Source: Phoronis australis
Taxonomy: Eukaryota; Animalia; Phoronida
NCBI GenBank assembly: GCA_002633005.1
Contig: NMRA01000095.1
Location: 657,362 to 721,361, forward strand
DNA: 64,000 nucleotides
Reading direction: 5' to 3'
The translations under genes were made by a program, and so were the position numbers. The notes beneath the pieces are model-generated. The model searched no databases. It was not told the origin of the DNA and saw only the letters and a list, made by a program, of their open reading frames with translations. Below are positions 1-14,580 of this stretch, one piece after another; within the stretch, counting starts at the first letter, position 1, and every line of letters begins with the position of its first letter.

Positions 1-2388
1 AGAGTTTATTGACCTCTGCTTCTGCAATAGCCACTCTACAGAGTGTGATCTTGTTTAGGACATGATGGATTTGTTATTGTACAGGTAGGAAGGTGCAGGT
101 AAAGGGTTGAACACCTAGTATCTTCCAGGTGTAGTTTGGGTTTCCTTGGTGACGACATGATAAATGCCATCATATTTGAGGTGGTATCTTAAATCCATTT
201 AGTTAACTGTTGGAAAGTTGGGTTGGTGTGTCGCAATACACTCGTGTGACCTACACTACACATACGGTATATTTGAAGTTTTTTCGATGACCTGAGATAA
301 AAATGACCATGACTGGTCTCCCAGTTAAACTAACCTGAGCATATTGGGCCATTGTGGTGATAGACATGCGATTCAGATGAGTTTGTCTGGGCAGCAATAA
401 GTGGTACTGGAAATAGAAGTTATTTTAGAGTTCAAGGGAAGGTTGTTGGTGGTGGTGCCCTGGAATGGAGGATCAGATGAGAATTCTAACTATTGTTCTT
501 CACCTTAGTCTGTAAAAAAGGGTGATGTTCTTTGCCTGGAATATTTACTGTTGGCCATCAAGTCTTTAGAAAATAAGCTCCCAATCCCTCGTGCTCTGGT
601 AACAAGTCGAGAGAGGAAACTGGCTTACGTCGTGATGCTCAGATATTGAAAATGAGATGATGTTTTACTATGTTGCCCGGTGTTTAACTATGCAAGATTC
701 AACTTTGCGCCAGAAACATCATGTAACTTTACAAACTCCAAAAATATCTGCGGTTTGCTTAAGACAAAAAATAGACTATCCTTGATGTTAAGGTTCTGAT
801 TTCAGACAGGAAATTCTAATGGTGCAGAAATGTGCTAATTGTCTATTCATCAAATTGCCATCTATTATTTAATTATCTAGTATTGTAATGTGCACAAGTG
901 AGCACTGGATACAAATACAAATACAAATACAAATCTCTGTTACACAGTGTTCATAACGTGTATGACCTAGGCTTGTCCCTTCCCTGTTTATGCCTAGATT
1001 CTCTCTGACATGCCTCAACACATAGCTGTAGATAGTATGAAAATAAGACAGATGTGGGCTGCTGTACTAGGAAGACATATTTGGCAATATTCACAATGCT
1101 TGCTAGCTATCCCTTCTGTCCTAATGCCTAGTTGATCTTCCTCTCTCCATAAATATGGGACAAGTATGTCATGGTGTATTATTGTCTTGACAGTTGGTCA
1201 GGGTTGTCAATCATCAGTTCACAAGGCCACCCTATGGTGGTGTCTGATAGTTCCTCTGTGTGAACATATCTGTGATATCAGTGGGGGAGTGTCTACATGT
1301 CAGCAACCCTCCTCTGGTATATATGGCAGATAGTGATATAGGCCACCAGAGGCATGCTAGTCACCAGCTACTGTCTGCTCTGCTGGTCTTCTGGATCTCC
1401 AATAGTCTCACTCTTGACTATTTAGAAATTCAAGAATACAACATGACATGGTGAAAGTCATGTACAAACAAGTTGTGATGAACTACTTATAAAATATTGA
1501 TCTGACTAGCATAAATTATTTACTGTGAATCTTTTGTTGTGGTCACTGATATTTGCTGTGTGAATGAGCCTGTTCATTTCAAGAGAAGTACCAACAGCGA
1601 TGACATTCGTTAAGTAAACATGGTACATTATTAGACTAAAAAAATCTGTCCTTGTCTTACAGTGTTTTGAAAACAACAACATGAACCAATTTGATTTGGT
1701 CAAATTCAGTGTATCGGAATCTTTTTGGACTACGATTATGTCTCGGCAAAATAGAATTTAAAAAGTTAGAGCTGTTACTGGTTTGCTATAATTTTTTTCT
1801 CTTTTTGTTCGTGCATAGGCTAGAGGTTGCAATGACATTGAAGTTTACAAAAAGCATGTAACTTGTGTAAACGTATAGGCCTATTGTATTTTGTTGAAAT
1901 CAGACACAAGATGGTGCTTTGAAAGTAATTATTTCTTGACTTTTCGATTCACTGTCTTGAAAACATTTCTCCTGAAATTTGGAAGTATGTCATCCATTCC
2001 TCACGGGTTTTGTAGTTTTCCTGTAACGTCACTACGGTAACCACCACGTTTTTGTTCGAAAACGGCAAGAAAGTTGTGGTGGAGATGTGTTGTTCATGTG
2101 TCCCTGTGACTTGTAGATCAGTGCTACACTTTGTTCTTTCCTACAAAATTGTTATGTTCAGTGGAGGCCTTGTCACTTGAGATAGTGTGAGGTGCTGAAG
2201 GTATGTGATGCGCAATCCTGGTTCAGGCCAGGCTTTGTACTCCAGGCAAGCAATTGGGTGTTTTGCTACAGTACTCAGCAAATCAGCATTTTCTCATTAT
2301 GGCTGCATGACAAAATGGTCATCAGCTGTTTATATATGTGGAACAGTTGTCAGGGTGCGAGTTGTCAGGGTGCGACTTGCTCCGCTTG

Positions 2389-2746
2389 AGTCGCATTTAC
2401 ATGGCATTAGATCGCAAACTCGATCAGCATGTCATTTACACGAAGACTGTCTGTGCATGCTTGCATCAACAATAGCAAAGGTCCAAACCATGTGGAATGC
2501 CAGCGAATCATACGTCTTCACTCTGTTGCGCAAGCGCATTGAAAGATGACCCTTTTTCGCCCTGCCCAGTTGTGTTGAGATATGTAGTTGAAACTAGAGC
2601 AACTTATCAAGTCCAACTCGCTCTACCCCTCAAACCGGTGTAAAAAATGGTCGCCGCGGTGTTAGCTTACTCCATGTCAGTCGTGTATGCACACACTTGC
2701 TCCCGATCTGCTCTTCCGTGTTAGTTGGTCCCGTGTAAATGCAGCT
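2389..2746. mobile_element. PIF/Harbinger-like MITE
   Basis: Imperfect TIRs AGTCGCATTTACATGG / CCGTGTAAATGCAGCT, flanked by a 3-bp TTG duplication on both sides. Confidence 0.55.
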
Positions 2747-3008
2747 TTGGTTGCCTCTCCTTGAAAATGTAGACAGTCCCTGAAAATGTTCACTTAGGGC
2801 AAACACAGCTTCACCTGGTTATCTTTTATGAGATCAAAGGATTTTTACAGAAGAACCAGTTCACATAAATCTGGGAGCACAACTGACAGTTGTCTATGTG
2901 TTGACATGTGGGCATTCATAACAAAGCTTGAACCCTTTGAAAATTGGTTTTAGTGACATTTTTGGATTTGTTGGTCACTGAGAAATTGAAGAATAGGTAA
3001 TATTTCTC

Positions 3009-3942
3009 NNNNNNNNNNNNNNNNNNNNNNNNNNNNNNNNNNNNNNNNNNNNNNNNNNNNNNNNNNNNNNNNNNNNNNNNNNNNNNNNNNNNNNNNNNNN
3101 NNNNNNNNNNNNNNNNNNNNNNNNNNNNNNNNNNNNNNNNNNNNNNNNNNNNNNNNNNNNNNNNNNNNNNNNNNNNNNNNNNNNNNNNNNNNNNNNNNNN
3201 NNNNNNNNNNNNNNNNNNNNNNNNNNNNNNNNNNNNNNNNNNNNNNNNNNNNNNNNNNNNNNNNNNNNNNNNNNNNNNNNNNNNNNNNNNNNNNNNNNNN
3301 NNNNNNNNNNNNNNNNNNNNNNNNNNNNNNNNNNNNNNNNNNNNNNNNNNNNNNNNNNNNNNNNNNNNNNNNNNNNNNNNNNNNNNNNNNNNNNNNNNNN
3401 NNNNNNNNNNNNNNNNNNNNNNNNNNNNNNNNNNNNNNNNNNNNNNNNNNNNNNNNNNNNNNNNNNNNNNNNNNNNNNNNNNNNNNNNNNNNNNNNNNNN
3501 NNNNNNNNNNNNNNNNNNNNNNNNNNNNNNNNNNNNNNNNNNNNNNNNNNNNNNNNNNNNNNNNNNNNNNNNNNNNNNNNNNNNNNNNNNNNNNNNNNNN
3601 NNNNNNNNNNNNNNNNNNNNNNNNNNNNNNNNNNNNNNNNNNNNNNNNNNNNNNNNNNNNNNNNNNNNNNNNNNNNNNNNNNNNNNNNNNNNNNNNNNNN
3701 NNNNNNNNNNNNNNNNNNNNNNNNNNNNNNNNNNNNNNNNNNNNNNNNNNNNNNNNNNNNNNNNNNNNNNNNNNNNNNNNNNNNNNNNNNNNNNNNNNNN
3801 NNNNNNNNNNNNNNNNNNNNNNNNNNNNNNNNNNNNNNNNNNNNNNNNNNNNNNNNNNNNNNNNNNNNNNNNNNNNNNNNNNNNNNNNNNNNNNNNNNNN
3901 NNNNNNNNNNNNNNNNNNNNNNNNNNNNNNNNNNNNNNNNNN
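3009..3942. other. Assembly gap (N run)
   Basis: 934 Ns. Confidence 1.
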
Positions 3943-5789
3943 TCTTACATAAACCTGTGTGGGTGACTATTTTTTATGGTCTCCAAAATTTTGGAATTGA
4001 TTTCTTCATTCAATGCACTATTGTGCTGCCACACTTAAAAGCTGTATACTGTTGTTAGTCATAGCCTCTAGTAATTTGCATCTTAAACTTTCCACACTGT
4101 AGTTATGTTCAATATCCATTTCATAACTGATCATTTAAGACTTGGGCATTGGAAAGAGTGTTAAAAAACCATCAGTTACAACTGCATTGGCCCACCCTTA
4201 GGAAATTTGACTGCTTTACATCAGTCGAAGATAACCTCCGCCCATCCTTTACATGGTAGAAACCAAACCAAACGTTACCGTTGCAAGGAAAATTTTAAAT
4301 TTCTTAGTTTTTGTGGTAGGGGAAAGAAAGGGTTGTGCTCCTACATACAAAGTCAGTAACAGTATACTGGTATTGTGTTATATACACTAACAATATACAG
4401 GACTGATGAGTGGGTGTCATTGATGAAGTTAGGTGTGCACCTGTAATAAAATAAAATAAAATAAAATGAACTGAAAGAAAACACCTGTCTTGTTGTTTTT
4501 TGCCGGTGTCTTTATCTTCGCTTTCAATGCAGTGTTGCAACTTCCTCTTTGCCACATTGTCTCTTTTGTGGGGGAGGTGGCGCTGTGAAAGAATGATGAA
4601 CGACACGCAGAGATCAGTGTATTGGCATCAGCATGCACGCTTTAATTTGGACGTTTGTTACACACATATGGTATAGGAATGAGCCGCAAGCCACAAAGAC
4701 ATTTCTCAATAGATGGTGCAGTATACTTGTACATTTCTCAACAAACCAATCATAATATCCGAATGTCGCCCTGTTCTGTTCATCTAGGAGAGCCCTTGGC
4801 ATACTCCTTATTTCTTGGTTTTTTATTGAGAGCTATTATCCTCACCTACGGTTATCTAACCAGAAATTCTGCAGTCCATCCTGGACAAGCTTCTTGTGTC
4901 TGCCCTGTGTCTGCCCTGTGCCAGCCTTGTGGGTGTGAACTTATGGCTGCCCCAGACCAGCAAGCTGCCTGAACAGGTTAAGGGTTTAATCATAGTCCTG
5001 TTGAAGCTGATCCATTAAGCCCAATTTGCAATTGACTCTTTCTGACCAGCTCCACTTGTTAAGCAGTGAATGAGGGTGATGTAATCCCCTGGATCCAGTT
5101 TGAAGGGGCTCATAAAAGCATCTATTTACACCTCCTTACCCAGGAGACTTCACCTAGTGTATCTTCTCAGCACAGGCTGCAGGGGGCTGAGTTCATTGGT
5201 GGAAAGTGAAGCCTTGAACAGGGCACAGGGCCTTACTTTGTGGACAATACTGCCAGTATTGATGTATACTGGGGACTTCTATACAGTGAAAAGTAAACAT
5301 GTGATTTCATTATTTACACTATTGGCCCTATACAAATATAAGCCAGGCCAATTTCTTTAGCTATGTATTGATTGACAGAGGACAAATACTGAAGGGCTTA
5401 GTGAAGACTTGAATTTGAAACTATTAGCTGTTTCAAAGGCCAGGCAAGCAAGGTGTTTATAGGGGATTTCTCACTGAACTTGTTATTAAATGTCCCATGA
5501 AGTGAGACATGTTCTGGGTTGGTGAGACCATCTAAGCTCCAGGTTAGTTGTACAAATATCTTAGTTGTGTATGTTTGACTGCTAGCGTGTCTGAATGCAT
5601 TGAATGTTTGTGTGCTAGTCCAGTGAATTGTGATCTGGCTATGGATATGTGTAGTGTATGTCAACAAGTGAACTGTAAGTGTTGGCTCTCTCCCAGTGAT
5701 CAGATGTTGAATAGTCAATGTCTCCAGGGATGTTGCCATTTTGGATGGTGAAGATAGAGGGCAGTAAAGTGAAAGGTCAGATAGTCTTT

Positions 5790-7088
5790 TGTTAGTGTTT
5801 TGCGTGGTGATGACACCCAGTGTAGACAACTGTTTACACACCTGACAAACAAACCCTGTTAAAAAGAAATCTAAACTATGAGTATTTAGTAGGTAATTTG
5901 TAAACATGTGCATTGTGGAACTGTTTTGCAAATATGCTTTCATCTATAGAGTAAAGTGTCACTGATTTAAGATACACTATATCAAACATGTGAAATTTTA
6001 TTTTTTCATCCTTTATGAAAGGTTAGGAGCATCAAGTCAACGCTTAATTTTTATATTATATCTTAGCCACCATGAGACAGTGTCTGTAGAAATCATGACA
6101 GGTATTCAGAATTGTGTCGGAAGCCTTCGTTAAATCGAAGAAAGATCTATTTTGACAAGTATCGAGATTTTTACCACACCGTGTGATAAGTGAGCTGTAG
6201 TTGAATAAAAGCTCTGTGCGTCTGCCGTGAGGTGAATTTTAAAGCAAAATCTGCATCACATTCTCAGGAACTTTTTCTCATGTCTGCTCTGCAATGCTGT
6301 AGTATAGTCTGTACTCTACAATACAAGGTACCTAAACTACACGGTCAACGGACTCATAAACACGACTCACGGACCTGCAAACACCGTCCACTGACTCACA
6401 AACACGGGAACGGACTCAAAAACACGATCCACGCACCCAAATACACGGGACACGGACTCACATTCACGAGGAAACACGGTTAACGGACCGCCAAACACGG
6501 GTCACGGACAAAATGACGATGTCAGCTGACCCAGGAAGCCGATGAGTCCGTGNTGTTAGTGTTTTGCGTCGTGATGACACCCAGTGTAGACAACTGTTTA
6601 CACACCTGACAAACAAACCCTGTTAAAAAGAAATCTAAACTATGAGTATTTAGTAGGTAATTTGTAAACATGTGCATTGTGGAACTGTTTTGCAAATATG
6701 CTTTCACCTATAGAGTAAAGTGTCACTGATTTAAGATACACTATATCAAACATGTGAAATTTTATTTTTTCATCCTTTATGAAAGGTTAGGAGCATCAAG
6801 TCATCGCTTAATTTTTATATTATATCTTAGCCACCATGAGACAGTGTCTGTAGAAATCATGACAGGTATTCAGAATTGTGTCGGAAGCCTTCGTTAAATC
6901 GAAGAAAGATCAATTTTGACAAGTATCGAGATTTTTACCACACCGTGTGATAAGTGAGCTGTAGTTGAATAAAAGCTCTGTGCGTCTGCCGTGAGGTGAA
7001 TTTTAAAGCAAAAATCCGCATCACATTCTCAGGAACTTTTTGTCATGTCTGCTCTGCAATGCTGTAGTATAGTCTATACTCTACAATA
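5790..7088 (+). repeat. About 535-bp direct duplication (5790-6323 and 6554-7088) across a single N; probably two haplotypes assembled in tandem
   Basis: The copies are near-identical with a few substitutions, and the junction is exactly the N at 6553. Confidence 0.85.
6324..6552. mobile_element. Left half of a long-TIR foldback MITE, truncated by the gap
   Basis: Begins CAAGGTACCTAAA after a TA. Homologous to the complete copy at 14163-14580. Confidence 0.75.
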
Positions 7089-10000
7089 GGGGTGCATTCT
7101 GTAGACCCAAGATACCCTCGAAGGAAACTAGTGTGATCCCATGCTTCGGTTGTGATACGAGGTGAAATGACTTGAATGGCCTTGCTTCTTGGCGAGTGTC
7201 TTGCATCTATGTAGCGAAGCCTAGCACAGCATCTCTGGTGTTGAAATGACAATGGGACCAGTTGAAATGTTTGAACTTCATTTTATTTTAAACTGCGTTG
7301 AAAAAAACAAGGCTAGAAGATGGCAGTGAGATGGTGATAGAGTGTACAGGGTTGTGCATGGATCACGTAGATTTAGTGTGGCATAGTATCGTATATTCTG
7401 GGATAAAGCAAAATCTTGCCAATTTCGGACAAAAATAATTTCCAAATTTGACTTTTTCAATTTTCAAAGGCCCACAACATTGTTAATGCGCACATTTTCT
7501 CAAAACACTGTTGGATTATAAGTGTGTCCTACTCATGAAGACTGATGAAGGTTTTTATTTTGTTCTACCATACTTGTATTTTATGAAGAAAATGAAAACA
7601 AAATTTCTTTTGTCCACCATATTGTGTTCTAAGTTGGTGTAGTATGACTATATTGAGTTCTTTCAGTGGAGACGATTGTGTTGCACAAGTTGTGAGGGTG
7701 TGTGGGGGAGGGTCAGGTATCAGACACCTGCACTACGGTGTAGTACATTTTCCTAGTGTACTGTGCTTTATTACAATGTTCTGGTGTCCTCTGACTAAAG
7801 TACATGTGTGCCTGACCACTGACCGCTTTTACCGGGATCATTGTATGCAACAGGTTGTCTTCTGAAAATATTACAGTAACCTTAAAAAATTCTTAATTTA
7901 TGATGTCATTGCTTGCCAGGTGAAAGTGCTTCTGGATTGGTTTCCTACAGCCTGGGGTCCTCTTATTACATGGTCTATTCAGTTATGTTCATTGAAACTG
8001 CATTTGGTTTTAGGGAAAAACTTTACTTGAATAGCATTTCCTTGGTTATTATAATTATTATTATATTAAAGCAACATCTTGTCGTGTCTAGTCTCAAAAC
8101 CCAAGTCAAATTAGACCTTCTAGTCTCAAAATATTCATTACTGCGATAAGATCCTATTTCTGTTCAGACGAGAACATTTTCCATTTTTGAATTCGTCATT
8201 TAGGATTAAGGTTAACTAATCCCAGTAAACTCTGAAACCTTTGCTTGGAAACCAGGAATATATTCCAAATATCTAGGAAAGTTATTTTTCTATCAGAAAA
8301 CTTTGATTTTGCCATGTTGCAACACCATCAATGTAACCCTGACCGTACTCAAGTTGAATTCTGGTGATAGTATTGTGGTCGTCCATTATGAGGTTCACAT
8401 ACTGCAAACACGTGGGTCGTCTACACGTCTGGAACAACACAATGGGATACCTGCTGTAACATGTGATCGACAATGTACAGACATTTATTGACAGCAATCC
8501 TGTATTTACCCTACCAACATGTATATTGTCTTATGTTTGATACAACTGAGCCAGCTTTTTGGCATATGGAGGTCAAGAGTATGTACCAGCTTCGAGAGTA
8601 TGTACCAGCTTCAAACTATTCTAAAAAGGCTAAGAGAGGCGAGATGAGAGTGGTCGAAGTTTTTTTTGTAATTTGTGTGCTAAGTTTTAGCATCCTAGCG
8701 GTCATTCAGTTTGTTCTTTATGATTTTCGGGTGGCTGTATGTCAATGAACATTTCTTTTTCTGATGTTCGACATTGAGGCGTGTGATTCTTTATAGAGTT
8801 GTTTGTTACATGCTCATTAGGTAAATATGCTATTTCAGATTTCGTCTTGGCTCACCTGGATTGTTCTGTAAAGCAAATTCAGTGTGAGTTTGCTGAGATC
8901 GGTCAAAAACACATTAGTGAATGGCTTGTTTCATTAGTAAACTCGCAATCGTACTCCTGTGAACTAGCAAAATGGCCGCCACTGTAGTGGTCGGTCAAAG
9001 AGGCTGAAATGTTGAATTGTGTGAGAAAAATGCTCATTTAGACAGATTGTTTTGGTTCTCTAAGCCAAGATTTCTTGTAGCAACTGTCTTGCCAGTGCCT
9101 AGAATCATGGAACCTGCTCTCACATTCTGTTCCAACTGTTCTGGATGCCATCTTGTTTGTGGGTGTCATCTTGTTTGTTATCTTAATGTTGATGGTGTTA
9201 GTGTTGATTGGTGGTGAGAACTGTAATGTACTTTATACTAGAGGAGTGGCTTCCTTGACTTAGTCTACCTGGAGCTAACCATTGTGGTCACTATCTGCCT
9301 TCATCCTGTGTTATAAGTGGTAGGTGAGTAGGTCACTGTACAAGGTACTTTATATAGACCGTGTAGGTGATAGCCTGTTTCGATGTGGTTTTAATTAAGT
9401 GTCTGCCTTTCTGGCCACAAGAGTTGAGCTACAAAATGTTCAAGAACTGTAAAAACAAGGCTCTTTAGTTGCCCCGGGTGTTGCTGGGAACAAGACGCAT
9501 GCAGCTACCCAAATATAGGGATATTCCTGAACTGTACCTTTGCGGCAGTAGTCTGCTTAATGCAGCACTCTACCAGAAATGCAGGATTGTAGTAGAATTA
9601 TAGTCAATCGGGCAATGTATGATTCGCAGATTTCATTAAAATGACGAAATTAAATTACTGTTTAAACAACAATGTGTCACTCACAGCCGCAGCTGTGACC
9701 GCAACAACCTTGACATTCAAGAGGATGCTACACGAACTAATCATGTCTGCTGATGAAGCCGTCAAAACTCTGAACTATGGGAGAAGCGACAGCCGACTTT
9801 TCTAGAATTTTGGACATCACAAACAGCTCCCTATCGGTGATCCTCTACGAGTGATTCCGCAAGCATTGACCCCTGGTGGTCACCAGTGACGGTGATAACG
9901 ATAACCCAACCAGTGGTCTTCATTTCTTACCAATTATCGACAGTAGCAGTGATGCTGCCAATGATCCAGCAACCTGTGATCTGGACGTCACAGTGCCTTT

Positions 10001-13000
10001 TATTTCCATTTCAACTAAGCAATTAGCCCCTGAAAAAGTTCAGCAAAACTAGCTGGCTATCATCTATCCATTGCTGTGCGTCAATTCATGACTCAAGCCT
10101 GTTCGTAACAACTTTTTGAAAATCGGCCCACTCCTCATCAGCAGGTGCTCCCAAAGGGTACAGGTTCAAGCCAGGCAAGGGATATGCTTTCAGTAACACA
10201 GGTTGGGCCAATGCTTCACTAGCGCCCCCTAGGTGATTTTTAGTTTCTCATGGTTCAGTGTGGAATTGTGTTATCACATTCCTTCCATGGCATACAAACG
10301 AAGCACCAGACAGTAGCTAGCAGGTCATTCCACTCCCAGTGTATCAGTGGCTTTGTTGATTCCTTCTACCACTGCTTGTAAAGTCAATTTGAAATCTTCT
10401 GTTGAAGGTTGAGTAGGCATCCCACCCCTATACCCATTTCAGTTGACCACCTGCGTGTGATAAAACAAATGGATTGAAATAAAATGGACTAGTATGATGA
10501 TATTTGTTGTGTACTCGGCATGTCGGTTATGTGGGACCTTATAGACAATTCTGAACATTTAGACAAATTTCTACAAAACTCAGTACAGGATCACAGAGAG
10601 CAATAATTCCATTTTTAACTTCATACCAATCATTTATTTAGCCATGTTATCACCTCTTAGTGATAAAATTTATTAAAAAGAAAGGTACAGTTCTGGGATA
10701 TCCACGATATCAAGGTCATGGCCAAATTTTGTTTGGCATAATTGTTCATGGTCAAATCTTAAAAAAACATGTTAATAATTTTCTGAAATATTTCATTTTC
10801 ATTTTATATAACTTTTGAGTTTTTTCATGAAAATAATAATCATAAAGTCGTATTTTTGATAGGCCCACATGCAAACGTAAGACATTGTAAAGAGAATATT
10901 CCAAGCACTGCATAAAGCACAGTATCTGAAAATTTTATGTAAATGCGATCAGCCATGTCTGAGAACGAAGTTCCGAAGTTAGCCAAGTTTGGACCTTTCT
11001 CTAGGGTCCTATGCAACCTTAACATGCTGTTTATGGTACGCAGTATGTGTGTGTCGGAACGTCAGGATTTGCCATATGCTTTGCTTTGTTAATTTTAAGC
11101 ACTTTATTACGCATGGATGTTGGCTTTGGTTTGGACTTAGTTAGGGTAAATGCTTCTGTGATCAAAATAAGTCAAAACATATGTGGAGTGCACCTGTCAA
11201 GTTTTGTTGTTGCTTTTATATTTGAGTTACCTTTACTTTCCGATCTTTACATAATTTGCTACAAGTCACGATTGTTTTTGTTTTGCGCACTCTGAAATCA
11301 GTGTGAGCATTTTTATGAGTGAAAGTTCACGCCAGGTCGATTGTTTCATGCGGTTCTTTCTGTGGCTGACCAACGAACAAACCAATAAATATGTCACCCC
11401 CACGCTTAGTTATGTAACTGTGGCTCCGCCCTCCCCCACATTTAATAAACCGCATTACAGACATTACTCCGACGCACGCACGTACACATGCGCTCACCGA
11501 GCTAATAATCAATATTATTGTACACAGTGAAGCATGACTTGAAGTGATGGTGTTTTCTGTAATTTCGCCACATGCCACACAGCTTCCTATTGGTCAGCGT
11601 TACTTAGCACAAGGTAAAGAAAGTGTACTTAAACATGTCATGCATTGTGCTATCATTGTCCATAAATAAACAGATCATGCTCAGCTGCACATGACTTATC
11701 ACCATGTTTGCACTAGGAAGGTACTTAGGTAAGTGTACTCAGTGGGTTGTATGGTATCTTGAGCGTTTTTGGATGAGGATTGTCTTGTCAGTATCTCAAG
11801 GCTGGGTGATATCGAGCTTGTATCTCGGGTCTGCGTGATGACGAGCTTGTTGATGGTGAGGCCTCTCCATTCAGAGCTCTTGCTGATGACGAGCTGATGG
11901 TTAATTTAAGATTATGTAGGACCTTAATGACAAGTCCATCGCATTTAGCTTAATATCTGCAAAAGTGTAGATTTCGGCGCAGTAAATGTTTACATTCACG
12001 TGACGAAGATGACCAATGTTCTAGCTAAATTTTGACATGTTTGTAGGACCCTACATAACTTCATAACTGACCAACTCATGGGAGGGTATCTCTGGCTTGG
12101 TTTGTAACACTTATGACTACTGAATTGCTGTACGTACTTGATTTAGGGCCTCTGCCAAAACCCATTAGCCAAGAGGACACTACCTGTTCGCATTACTCGA
12201 TTTTTTGCAAGACTGATGTTAACAATACCCATCAATAATTGTCCTCAGTGTATATGTGTGTTAGCATGTTGATAGTTGCTTTGAGTCATGTGACCAGTTC
12301 TTCTGTTTCATTAGAGGATAGGTCCATGAGGCTATGAAAGTAGTTTGGATTGGATCCATGTTGAGGGGTGAATTGGGTAAAAGTGATACCGCTCTGCTAT
12401 GAAAAAAATCTTCGATTTGGGACAAAAATAATTGCTAAAGTTACCATAATTCTGTTTTTCAGAGGCTTACCATCTTGTTGCAAATGCTCAAAATTTTAGC
12501 GAATGTTGTTTGGTATACAAACCATGATAAAAGCAAAGTAGATTTTCTGAAAAGTTATTTTTGTTGTCAAGTTTTGACAAAGTAAAATTTCACCTTTCTG
12601 CCATGTTGTGTCCCAAACATATCCATTGCTAGGACTTTTCATGCTTATAGTTTCCAAGGTTTATAGTTTCCAAGGTGTCTCAATTTTCCTGAGTGCTGAC
12701 AGACACATTCAGCTCCATTTGTGTCTTCTGCCTTGCTATGGCAGCCTATCATGTCATAAAAGTCTGGCCTTACTGGAGTCATGGAGAGTTCTTCAACAAT
12801 ATTGATGTTTACAGCTAAGCAGGACTGTTACAGTGTTGTGACCTGTTCTATAAACAACAAGATCTCATTGCTTCTGATGGTGAATGTGTGTTTCATTACA
12901 TGACACACACAAATACATCTGCTTATCCATGTTCGTTGTTAGTTTACTGTGTCAAAAGGCCACTTGGTGTGCCGACAGTTGGTTAGTTGTTTTGATAGTA

Positions 13001-14162
13001 AAGATTCAGTGTTTCCCTGCCTTCAGTGCTTAGGTGGCGAGTTTGGAAATTGGCTCAAGTGGCTGTGAAGTCGTTGGTTTCATTGATGTCTTGGTCTGTG
13101 ACTCTATGACTTATCATGGCTTCTTGAAGTGGGATGAAACGTTTCAAACCCACACCACCCTCAACTTTGATGCCTATGCTATTGGACTGAAGAGATTGGG
13201 TTTGTGGCAAATAATAGCAATCTATTTGGGAGTTACCATTGTACTGGCACAACTTGAGAGGTATCTGTCTGGTTATTGTCAAAGTTGTGTGTGTGTGTGT
13301 GTGTCTGTTTTACATAAACTCTGTTGTCTGACATTGTTCCCTTGCCTTAGCAGTATGTGGTGAACCTTTTGTTTGCTTTCATTTTATCTCTGTGTCAATT
13401 TCCTTCATGATGCTTCAAATTTTTATCAGTACACACCTTGGATGAGGTGATCTTAGATGAAGATTTTTGGTTTCAAATGAGAGCGACCTTAGGGTTATCT
13501 CTATACAATTTGTCATATTTGAATTCTCAATTTTTCATTGGTTGACCAGCAGGCCTTTTTATACTCCAATAATTAATTGACAGGTAATAGGTTGCTGAGC
13601 ATTGTGGGTAAAGTTTCCTGATGCAGAAAAAGTGTGATCTGTAAGTGGATTATTGCTATTTTTCGGAATGAGGCTAATCTTGCGTCAAAGAAAAGAGCAA
13701 TGGATGTCTTAGAGGAGGCCGTGGGTACTGTTTGTTGTTTGTACTTCTCACCTCAACTGATCAAAGCAGCACCTCTCTTGACACTGTCTTTATCAATATA
13801 AACCTGTTGTTTGTTGTATCCCATGTCATACCTTTACTATAGTCCACTGCACTCTGCTCCATACAGTGGACCATTGTGTCAGCTGATTTAGGCCCTGTTC
13901 AGTAACCCACCTTGATAGTGTAACTGCAGACAATAGACTGCAGGCAAGACCACTCCTGGGTTTGTGTATATAGGCTAAAGGCAACAATAGGAATGCACTG
14001 GCCTGCCTTTGTTATACTGTATGGGACCAGAGTTATGTTTGACCATGCTACTTAAACAGCTGATGGCCAATTTGTCTCCCAGGTCATGTGTTAAATTCTG
14101 TCTAGGATTACCCAGTACCAGGATCCTTTGTGACAAATGACCAACATCTTCATCATCTGATA

Positions 14163-14580
14163 CAAGGTACCTAAATTGGTTAACGGACTCATAAACACAG
14201 TCACGGACGCATGAACGCGACTCATGTACCTGCAAACACCGTTCACTGACTCATAAACATGGGGACGGACTCACAGAACATGATCCATTCACCCAAATAC
14301 GAGGGACATGGACTCACATTCACGATTAACGGACCGCCAAACACAGTTTACGGACAAAATGTAATGTAGAGTGTTAGCTGACCCAAGAAGGATGAGTTCG
14401 TGAACCGTGTTTGGAGGTGCGTTAACCGTGTTTCTTCGTGAATGTGAGTTCGTTCCCATGTTTGTGAGTCAGTGAACGGTGTTTGCAGGTACGTGAGTCG
14501 TGTTCGTGTGTCCGTGACCATGTTAATGAGTCCGTTGACCATGTTAATGAGTCCGTTAACCGTGTAGTTTAGATACCTTG
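14163..14580. mobile_element. Foldback MITE with long imperfect inverted arms
   Basis: Ends CAAGGTACCTAAA ... TTTAGATACCTTG. The internal arms are inverted (e.g. ACCTGCAAACACCGTTCACTGACTCA / TGAGTCAGTGAACGGTGTTTGCAGGT). A second copy starts at 6324. Confidence 0.8.

Noticed and set aside
5398-5943. 181-aa minus-strand ORF, partly repeated at 6522-6707
   Set aside because: No domain-like features; the repeat comes from the haplotype-like duplication.
9700-10030. Slightly GC-richer, acidic-looking segment suggestive of a decayed transposase
   Set aside because: No sustained frame, catalytic motif or TIR that I can identify.
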